Shown in pieces: positions 11,835-21,042 of a DNA stretch of 64,000 nucleotides (position 1 is the stretch's first letter; each line of letters starts with the position of its first letter). The translations under genes were made by a program, and so were the position numbers. Where the stretch lies: the NCBI GenBank assembly GCA_001661245.1, contig KV454016.1:606648-670647 (forward strand), read 5' to 3'. Below the pieces are notes generated by a model. That model worked only from the letters and a program-made list of their open reading frames with translations, had not been told where the DNA came from and ran no database searches. The DNA is from Pachysolen tannophilus NRRL Y-2460 (taxonomy: Eukaryota).

Positions 11835-12246
11835 CTTCGTCAAATTTTTTTTGACCCACCCTTGTATGATTTACATTATACATTTTTCAATATGAAAAAA
11901 TTTTATATGTTTAGTCTTTTAATTGATATTTTTCCCCCTTTTTTGTTTTTAATAATATTTTTTTAAAAATATTTTTAGAATTCAATTCTTTTCTTTTTCC
12001 TTTCCATTCCTTCCCTTTCTTGTTTGTTGATTAGGAATTAATATAATAAATAAGCATCTTATATAATGATTGATCTGTTGATAATGTTATAGATACAACA
12101 TTCTGAATGTTGTATTCCAAAAATTTTTGTATTTTTTCTGCATGAAGCAAATTTGAAATATTCGCCCCTTTTTTTTTTTGGCACTTATAAATAGGTCCAA
12201 ATATTGGCTTCAAAATAACTTTTAATGATTTATACATTAAACAAGG

Positions 12247-13876
12247 ATGACTACAGGTGAGATTGAAGATGGCCTAACAGGCCCTGGAACTATTATTTCA
12301 GTTGATGAGTTACAAGATCATGGAATTAATGCTGGTGATATTCAAAAATTAAAAGCTGTGGGTATATGCTCAATTTCTGTAAGTTGATATCAATAATTTC
12401 TTTTATTTGCAAAATAATAAACAATGACAGAATTATCTAACAAAATAAATCTTTTTTTTTTCTAAAGACGGTGTTATCTACAACACGTAGAAATTTATTG
12501 AAAGTTAAAGGTTTGAGTGAAGTTAAAGTTGAAAAAATTAAAGAGGCAGCAGGTAAATTAGTTCAGGCAGGTTTCATTCCTGCAACAATACAAGCAGAAC
12601 TCAGAAGCAGAGTTTTTTCCTTATCTACTGGTTCAAAATCTCTTGATGCTATATTGGGTGGTGGAATCATGACAATGTCAATTACAGAGGTTTTTGGAGA
12701 GTTTAGATGTGGTAAAACTCAGTTAGCACATACTTTATGTGTTACTGCCCAATTATCAAGGGTAAGTCTCCCTTTTTTCCAAAAAATGATAAAAAGTAAC
12801 AAATACTGACTAGTAATTTAATTCAATTTAACTTTTAGGAAATGGGAGGTGGAGAAGGTAAAGTCGCATACATTGACACTGAAGGTACATTTCGTCCGGA
12901 AAGGTAAGTATATGTCGATAAAAATGAAAAAAAAAAAAATGAAAAAAAATTTTACTAACCCCTAATCTTAGAATTAAACAAATAGCCGAAAGGTATGAAG
13001 TTGACCCAGAAACATGTTTATCAAATATTTCATATGTCAGAGCTTTAAACAGTGAGCATCAATCAGAATTAGTTGAACAATTAGGCATCCATTTAGCAGA
13101 AGGTAGCTATAGATTGGTTGTATGTACAAGGTTTTGAAAAAAAAAAAAATAACAGGAGTAACTTAATACTAACTCAAAACTAGATCGTTGATTCAATTAT
13201 GGCAAATTTCAGAGTTGATGTAAGTTCACCTTTAAGTTTTAGATAGTTTAGGTGGAATAATAGAAACTAACTTTTTTCTTTTTCATTTTTTTCATTTTTT
13301 TTTTCAGTTTTCTGGACGTGGTGAATTAGGAGAAAGACAACAAAGGTATGTACTGATAGAAAAAGTTCTAATTAAGAGGAATAATACTAACAAAGATTAA
13401 ATTTTTTTTTTTTTTTTTTTTTTTTTTTCTCTTTCAAGACTCAATCAGCATCTATCAAAGTTAAACAGAATTGCCGAGGACTTTAACGTAGCAGTGTTTT
13501 TAACTAATCAAGTTCAATCAGATCCTGGAGCAAGTGCCCTTTTTGCCTCGGCTGACGGAAGGAAACCGTAAGTAATTATAATTGTACAACCATTTTCAAT
13601 TTTTGAATACTAACATTTTTGTGTTTTAAAATATAGGATTGGTGGTCATGTTTTAGCTCATGCTTCACAGACAAGAGTGTTGCTTCGGTAAGTTTTAATG
13701 GAACAATAAATAGTTTATGTTCAAGTACTAACAAAATCGTATTTAACATTATTTAACATAATAGTAAGGGAAGAGGAGAAGAAAGAGTCGCTAAATTACA
13801 GGATAGTCCCGACATGCCGGAAAAAGAGTGTGTCTATACTATTGCTGAAGGTGGTATTACTGATAGTTCAGGCTAA
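12247..13876 (+). CDS. DMC1: Meiotic recombinase Dmc1, 334 aa, 9 exons: 12247-12378, 12468-12761, 12839-12903, 12972-13119, 13184-13219, 13308-13345, 13439-13567, 13637-13687, 13765-13876
   Basis: Spliced frame gives [28 protein letters not shown] (Walker A), [62 protein letters not shown]; exons total 1005 nt. Confidence 0.96.
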
Positions 13877-14160
13877 CTTTAAATGAAAAGCAGGATTAAA
13901 AACTGTTCTCAAACCTGCCATTGCTAGAAAGAGCTAAATAGAAAGTTTCAAATAAAATATGTAATTTATAGTATTTTGAGGTCACAAATAAAAATTAAAA
14001 AAAAAAAAAAAAAAAATAAAAAGTGTGTAAAAAATAACTAAAAATTGACTAAAAAGATGGATTTTATAGATATAATATCTATTAAAAATATATATCATTA
14101 ATCAATATCAAACACAATCAAATACAATCAAAAAAAGAAAAGGCATTTAGATTAATCAAT

Positions 14161-15672
14161 ATGGGTGCTGCTATTTCGATTCCACTTGCTATTCCATCGA
14201 TGATTGCTTCTAGTTTATCATCATGTTTTGGGGCAGCGATGTGTTCGGCTTGTTTGAGTAGTACGAATCCTTTATCAAAAACGTTTAAATCATCAATAGC
14301 TACAAGAATAACTTATGCAATTATATTTTTAATAAACTCTGTTTTATCATGGGTTTCATTATCTAATATAATATCAAAGAAATTAGAAAAATTAACTTGG
14401 GGACTATTTAAATTTGGTAGGAGTTTTTGTGATGATGATAACAATTGTACTGGTTTTACAAATGTTCATAGGTTAAATTTATCTTTAGGTTTTTTGCATA
14501 TTATAATAGGATTATTATTGATTGGTGTTAGATCAACATCAAACCCAAGAGCTGTGATTCAGAATGGTTTTTGGAAAACTAAGATTTTCATTTGGTTAAC
14601 TTTTATTACTTTGAGTTTTATGATACCAGATAAATTTTTCGTTGTTTGGGGAAATTATTTTTCTATTATTTTCTCGACATTATTTATTGGAATTGGTTTA
14701 ATTTTATTAGTTGATTTTTCTCATGAATGGGCAGAAACTTGTTTGGAAAAAATTGAAGAAGGTGAGATTTATTTAGGTGATGGTGAAGATGGTGTTTTAC
14801 AAAATGGGAATTTTTGGAAAACTGTTTTAGTTGGAGGTACGATTTCTATGTATCTTGGTTGTATTATCATGTCTATATTGATGTATATTTATTTTTCACA
14901 TTCTGGATGTAATTTAAATACCACTGCTATAACATTAAATTTGGTTTTCACAATAGTTATCACGACTTTATCAATAACACCAATTGTTCAAGAATATAAT
15001 TCAAATGCCGGTTTAGCTCAAGCTTCAATGTGTTGTATTTATTGTACTTATTTAATTTTTAGTGCATGTTTGAGCGAACCTGATGATAAACTTTGCAATC
15101 CCTTGATTAGAAGCAAAGGTACAAGAACTATAAGTATTGTTATGGGTGCATTTTTCACATTTGTCGCTGTTGCATATACAACAACAAGAGCAGCTGGGAA
15201 CTCTGCTTTTTCTCATAGCTCTTCCAACCTGGCATACACAGATTCGCAATATGACTCAGTTGCTGATATAATAACGTCACAACCTTCTTTAAGGAACGAG
15301 ATGCGTCTTGAAGCTATAAGGCAAGCTGTTAATGAAGGATCATTACCTGAAAGCGCTTTAAATAACCCTGGTTATTTGTATGATGATGATGATGAAGATG
15401 AATCAGGGGTAGGTGAGGAAGTTGCTTATACCAAGTACAATTATTTCTTATTTCACATTATATTTTTCTTGGCCACACAATATATTGCTGCATTATTAAC
15501 AATAAATGTTGGCGCAGATGAAAATGGTGATGGTGAAGGATCAGATTTTAGACCAGTGGGTAGAACCTATTTTAATACCTGGGTAAAAATTGTCAGTTCA
15601 TGGGTATGTTACGCTCTATATACTTGGAGCCTAATTGCTCCCGTTTTGTTCCCAGATAGGTTTGGTTCTTAG
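14161..15672 (+). CDS. TMS1: Serinc/TDE-family membrane protein Tms1, 503 aa
   Basis: MGA start, SSIATRITYA, RAVIQNGFW, LILLVDFSHEWAE, EPDDKLCNP, WVKIVSSWVCYALYTWSLIAPVLFPDRF. Confidence 0.93.
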   Translation: MGAAISIPLAIPSMIASSLSSCFGAAMCSACLSSTNPLSKTFKSSIATRITYAIIFLINSVLSWVSLSNIISKKLEKLTWGLFKFGRSFCDDDNNCTGFTNVHRLNLSLGFLHIIIGLLLIGVRSTSNPRAVIQNGFWKTKIFIWLTFITLSFMIPDKFFVVWGNYFSIIFSTLFIGIGLILLVDFSHEWAETCLEKIEEGEIYLGDGEDGVLQNGNFWKTVLVGGTISMYLGCIIMSILMYIYFSHSGCNLNTTAITLNLVFTIVITTLSITPIVQEYNSNAGLAQASMCCIYCTYLIFSACLSEPDDKLCNPLIRSKGTRTISIVMGAFFTFVAVAYTTTRAAGNSAFSHSSSNLAYTDSQYDSVADIITSQPSLRNEMRLEAIRQAVNEGSLPESALNNPGYLYDDDDEDESGVGEEVAYTKYNYFLFHIIFFLATQYIAALLTINVGADENGDGEGSDFRPVGRTYFNTWVKIVSSWVCYALYTWSLIAPVLFPDRFGS

Positions 15673-16252
15673 GAGTTTTGTTTTTCAATTTTCAATTCAT
15701 TTTTGTTTGTATCTATCTATCTATCTATCTATCTTACTTTATTTTTTGTTTCGTTTAAACTTTCCAATTTGTGTAGTCTCCATTCTGCACGGTCAAAAGT
15801 CTAACTACCAACTAGCTGTAAATTTTACACTTATAAACCTCCAGAATTGGGGCGTTAGCGGGACCCATATAATTAATTTTCCACAGAAAAAGAAGTTAAA
15901 AAAAAAAACAAAAAAAGTCGGGTAACACCGATACCGATACTGTAAACGACAAAATGAAAAAAATAAAAAAAATAAAAAAAATAAAAAAAATGAAAAAGGG
16001 CAAGAAGGGCAACTTAACTTAGCTCAACACTTTGCTTAATTTAGTTCATAAGCCCAAGATTTAAACTTTTTATCAAGACATCATCTACTGCAAATATAGA
16101 ACATAGAAATGTAAAAACAGAATACATGAGTTAGTTAGTTAGAAACTTTACACATCAAGTAGAAACAGAATCTGAATTAGAAACAAAGTATTTGCAAAAT
16201 TACAAATTCAAATTATTCAAGCTAGCTTATAAGTAGGTCTTTTCTTAAAGGC

Positions 16253-16288
<36 letters not shown>

Positions 16289-16694
16289 CTATATATATGT
16301 TCCGATGTCATTGGCAAATCATCTCTCTTTAAATATATTCATTTTTTGTAAGTCTTGAATTACCCTGTCTTTGTATGATTTTCAGTGAATCCAAAGAAAA
16401 TAGAACGTTACTGGACCGAAAAGTTTGCCCAAAAAAAAAAATATAAAAACCGTAAATGTTGCCTAGAGAAAAAGTTGCCAGAAAAAGTTGCCAGGCAAAA
16501 AAAAAAAAAAAGCGGAAAACAGAAAAGCCAAAAAAAGTAAAACAACAAAACAAATAGAAAAATTTGCACGACTTTGTTCTGAGTATAAATTAATTGATTG
16601 AGTGAGTCGGAAATAGAAATAGTAAGAGAAATAAAGACATTTGGTATTGGTATCTGTGTACACTACATATAATTCTTTTAAATATTCTAAAGAT

Positions 16695-17015
16695 ATGTCA
16701 GAATCATATGAGAAGATTAAAACACATTTCCCGTCTGCGAGGATTAAGAAGTTGATGCAATCCGATGAAGACATAGGGAAGGTTGCACAGGCAACTCCTG
16801 TGGTTGTTGGAAGGGCTTTGGAGTTGTTTTTGTGTTCTTTGGTTGAGAAATCTTGTCATGAAGCAAGAGAAAATGGTAGTAGAAGAATTACCTCTAGTCA
16901 TATAAAAAGTGCTGTAACCAAGACAGAAGAATTTGATTTTTGTGTGGAGATTGTTGAAAAATATGGAGGTGGTGGAAATCACAGTAGTTCTAATAATGGT
17001 GCGATAAGCAATTAA
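16695..17015 (+). CDS. BUR6: NC2 alpha subunit (histone fold), 106 aa from the first ATG
   Basis: IKTHFPSARIKKLMQSDEDIGKVAQATPVVVGRALELF. Confidence 0.92.
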   Translation: MSESYEKIKTHFPSARIKKLMQSDEDIGKVAQATPVVVGRALELFLCSLVEKSCHEARENGSRRITSSHIKSAVTKTEEFDFCVEIVEKYGGGGNHSSSNNGAISN

Positions 17016-17896
17016 AGAGAACTTTTTAAGATTTGAGATTTGAGATTTAAGATTTGAAAAAAAAAATAAAAAAAAAAAAAAATATAAAAGTTGGGGTTGG
17101 TGCTTTGGTTGTATAATAATAATTAACGTTACCTTGCTACTATAATGTACATTATTTAGAATTTTTTTTTTTTTTTCTTTTTTTTTTTCCGTTTTTTTCT
17201 AATTGTTTAAAACTAAACTTTTTAACTTTCTTTTTTGTTTTTGTTCACGTTGTTATTTTTTTGGAGTTTATTTATAGTTTCTGTAATTTGGGGTTAAAAA
17301 GTGTATGTACATACATATATTATATAGTATATATTATATTATATATATTATATGTATATATATATGAGTAATGAATGTAGGTAGAATCACTTTTTTTGTA
17401 AATAAAGGATTAATCCGAAAGATGGGAGAATATGGGAAAACACTAGTTTCAGTTCTATTGGGAAGGTAGTTACGAACATAAAAGAATTTATATTACTGCT
17501 AGTTTGTTGTATGAAATGTCTCTCTTTTTTTTATATTTTTCGTGCAGTTACCAACTCCTTCACATGTAGCAGACGGAATTCAGCTAGGCAATTTACGCAA
17601 CTTTGTGGGGAAATCCAATAAGAACTCGAATTAAATACATTTAAATATAAAATATATTTAATGGATTAAAAATACTCGAGGTTTTAATATTTATGATTTA
17701 TATATTGTGATATATTGGCTCATTTAAATTAGTGAAATTGGCAAATAAAAAAAAAAAAAAGAAAGAAAAAATTTGAATACTTTTTTTTAAATTTATTTTC
17801 AAAATCCACAAAATAATTAAAAAATTGGTATTATTATTTCTTTTGCATTGATTTGTAAAACTAAATATTTCAAGTTTAAGTTATATTTTCTAGCCA

Positions 17897-20227
17897 ATGC
17901 CACCAAGAGATAAATCGGCAACTTCATTGCTGTCCAATAAGTCCTTTACCAATCCTTTTAACTTATCATTGCTGCAATTACATGCGAATGTAGATACACC
18001 TGTTTATTATGTTGGGGTTGATGTTGGAACTGGTTCAGCAAGAGCCGCAGTTGTTGATCAAACGGGATCAATTTTGGGTTTAGCTGAAAGACCAATTACA
18101 AGATGGGAGTTGAAACAAAATTATATTAATCAATCTACAACTGAGGTTTGGCAAAGTATTTGTTATTGTGTTAAGACTGCTTTATCGCAATCACATATAG
18201 ATGCTTCATTAGTTATGGGTATTGGATTTGATGCAACTTGTTCTTTGGCTGTTATTAATGAGAGAAATGATGAACCTGTCCCTGTTGGTCCAGATTGGAG
18301 TGCTAAAGAACAAAATATCTTGTTATGGATGGATCATAGAGCTGGGAATGAAACTGATATAATCAATGCAACAGGTGATAAATGTTTAAAATATGTTGGA
18401 GGTAAGATGTCAATTGAAATGGAATTACCAAAGATGAAATGGTTGAAACATAATATGCCTAAAGATGAACTGACTGGTAAAAGTTTATTTGAAAGTTGTA
18501 AATTTTATGATTTGGCAGATTATTTAACTCATAGAGCAACGGATAAAGAGACTAGATCTTTTTGTTCTGTTGTTTGTAAACAAGGTTTTGTTCCACCAGG
18601 TGTTGATAACTCTGCTCATGGTTGGTCAAAAGAATTTTTAGAAAAGGTTGATTTGCCAGAATTAGTAGAGGATGATTTTAGAAGACTTGGTGGAATTCCA
18701 GGGAAAAATGGAACATATTTGTCTGCTGGTGACACTGTAGGTCCATTATCAGAAAAAGCTGCTGATGAATTAGGATTAACAACAGATTGTTTTGTTGCAT
18801 CTGGTGTTATTGATGCTTACGCTGGTTGGGTAGGTACTATTGCAGCAAAAACTGAAATTCCAATTCCTTCTTTAAATAAACAAGATCTGCAATTTAATGG
18901 AATTGATAGAGCTTGTGGTAGATTAGCAGCAGTTGCTGGTACTTCTACTTGTCACATTGCTATGTCAAAAGATCCAATTTTTGTCCAAGGTGTTTGGGGC
19001 CCATATAGAGATGTGATGGCTAAAGGTTATTGGCTTGCTGAAGGTGGTCAAAGTTGTACAGGTGCTTTATTGGCCCATGTATTATCTACTCATCCAGCTC
19101 TTACTCAATTAAGTACTTCTGCAGAAGCTTCAGGATTATCCAAGTTTGATTTTTTGAATTCTAGACTTGAACATTTGAAAAAAACAAAAGGTTCAAGATC
19201 AGTTGTTTCATTGGCTAAAAATTTTTTCTTTTATGGTGATTTCCATGGTAATAGATCTCCAATTGCTGATCCACACATGTCAGCAGCCATTATTGGTCAA
19301 TCTATGGATGTCTCGTTAGACGATTTAGCTATTACATATTTGGGTGCTTGTGAATTTATTGCTCAACAAACAAGACATATTATCTCAGAAATGGAAAAAG
19401 CTGGACATGAAATATCTTGTATCTTTTTAAGTGGTGGTCAATGTCGTAATGGTTTATTAATGAGATTATTGGCTGATTGTACTGGTTTGCCAATTATAAT
19501 TCCAAGATATATTGATGCAAGTGTTGTCTTTGGAGCAGCATTATTAGGTGCTGTATCTGCAGAAGATGCTATAAAGGCAAGAAAGCAAAATTCTTCAAAA
19601 AAAAATAGTAGTACTTCTTTATCAAGAAAAGTTTCATATCAGGATCTTAATGCAACTTCACCATATACTGTTCCAACTGCTACGGCTTCTTTAACTTCCA
19701 TCTCAGCAATGGCTGCTGCTAATTTTGCTCCACAACAACAAAGTGGTCATTTCCCATTTCCTTTAATGACACCTATTGAAGATGAAAGTAAACAATTACA
19801 AATTCCAAAGGATAACTCTTCGGATGAAGATAATGATGGTGAAGATGAAGAGGAAATTGTTTCATTTGGTTCAAAGACAAACACACAAGCCAAATTCACA
19901 GATAAATTTATTAAGGATAATCATTTAAATGCCACTAGTAACCCAAGAACTATTAACGCTTCCAAACCAACTGAATCAAAATCAAATGAAAGATCAGGTG
20001 ACAAGTTATGGAAAGTAATGGAGACCTTATCCGGTATGGCTAGAGTCATTGTACCTTCGAGCGACACTGACCCTGATAGAAAGTTATTGAACGTTAAATA
20101 TAAAATCTTTTTAGAAATGGCAGATGAACAGAGAAGGTACAGAAGTTTGGTTAGTGATATTGAAGATGAAATTAAACAAGAATCTACAGCTGCAACTACA
20201 AGCTCAACTACAACTGTCACTGCTTAA
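17897..20227 (+). CDS. FGGY-family carbohydrate kinase (D-ribulokinase, YDR109C-like), 776 aa
   Basis: YYVGVDVGTGSARA, GIGFDATCSL, WMDHRA, IDAYAGWVG, AGTSTCH, GDFHGNRSPIADP. Confidence 0.9.
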   Translation: MPPRDKSATSLLSNKSFTNPFNLSLLQLHANVDTPVYYVGVDVGTGSARAAVVDQTGSILGLAERPITRWELKQNYINQSTTEVWQSICYCVKTALSQSHIDASLVMGIGFDATCSLAVINERNDEPVPVGPDWSAKEQNILLWMDHRAGNETDIINATGDKCLKYVGGKMSIEMELPKMKWLKHNMPKDELTGKSLFESCKFYDLADYLTHRATDKETRSFCSVVCKQGFVPPGVDNSAHGWSKEFLEKVDLPELVEDDFRRLGGIPGKNGTYLSAGDTVGPLSEKAADELGLTTDCFVASGVIDAYAGWVGTIAAKTEIPIPSLNKQDLQFNGIDRACGRLAAVAGTSTCHIAMSKDPIFVQGVWGPYRDVMAKGYWLAEGGQSCTGALLAHVLSTHPALTQLSTSAEASGLSKFDFLNSRLEHLKKTKGSRSVVSLAKNFFFYGDFHGNRSPIADPHMSAAIIGQSMDVSLDDLAITYLGACEFIAQQTRHIISEMEKAGHEISCIFLSGGQCRNGLLMRLLADCTGLPIIIPRYIDASVVFGAALLGAVSAEDAIKARKQNSSKKNSSTSLSRKVSYQDLNATSPYTVPTATASLTSISAMAAANFAPQQQSGHFPFPLMTPIEDESKQLQIPKDNSSDEDNDGEDEEEIVSFGSKTNTQAKFTDKFIKDNHLNATSNPRTINASKPTESKSNERSGDKLWKVMETLSGMARVIVPSSDTDPDRKLLNVKYKIFLEMADEQRRYRSLVSDIEDEIKQESTAATTSSTTTVTA

Positions 20228-21042
20228 TGAGCTTCAAATTCCAATTTCTTCCTTTCATATTTTTTTTTTATTTTTTATTTTTTTTTAACCTTTTTTATTT
20301 AATTTTTTTATTGCAAACGTTTTGTATTTTCAGTTATCCTTTTAATAAAATATCATCTTTTAAATATGATTAAACTTCTCTCTCTGTCTGTCTTTCTGTC
20401 TGTCTGTCTGTCCATTCATGTAGTTTGGTTTAAATTATTAAACTTAAGACATGTCGTGCATGAAGCACAAACCATCCAAAAGAGGAAATGTTTTCTTTTT
20501 TCTTGGTGAAAAGTCTCTTGACACTCGACAACGTTTAAAACCGGCTGGTATGTTCATATTCATCGACTAAATTTGAGACCAAGGCAGAAGATGAAAATAC
20601 ATGAATTTTGAGCAACCCAATCAAAGAGCCATACTGAGAGCAGAATAGCAAAAATCAGGATTCAAAGCACCAACATTCTCTAAAGTTCAAAGAAAAAAAA
20701 AAATTTTTTTTGTAAAGAAAACTGGTGGAAAAAAACGGTCGTTTGTGTTTTACAAAGTGTCCTTTTCAGGAAACATGTAAATAAATGAAATATAAACAGG
20801 CAGCAGCCAAAAAATTTATCTTAAAAGTCCTTCGATATGGATTCATTGTAACTATTAGCTTCCTTTAAGAAAACTCTGAAATTCCCTTTGAAGGGATAGG
20901 CGCTTTTTTATCTACTTTATTTGATTGTGTGTGTGCGTGTGTATTTTTGTTTGTTTGTTTTTTGTTCTTTTAGCTTATTTTTGCTTTGGTGTTGAGAGGT
21001 GTTTATATATTTACATATATTAGGGAAAAAAAGGAGGAAAAG

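Noticed and set aside
10730..11845. Trans-splicing as the way to join the two zinc-knuckle halves
   Set aside because: No GT donor follows AAG TG. The nearby GT options (GTGTTG, GTTGAA) with the AAG acceptor either lose the second Cys or shift the frame, and there is no good branch point.
11836..12240. A conventional upstream exon for the - strand knuckle gene (ATG at 11883; the IYKC in ORF 12031-12237)
   Set aside because: The 11883 ATG is out of frame. I found no donor/branch/acceptor set supplying CxxC, and IYKC lacks the first Cys. A distant exon cannot be fully excluded.
16602..16692. Possible 5' intron in BUR6 (GTGAGT...AAG)
   Set aside because: No convincing branch point, and the ATG at 16695 already gives a full histone fold
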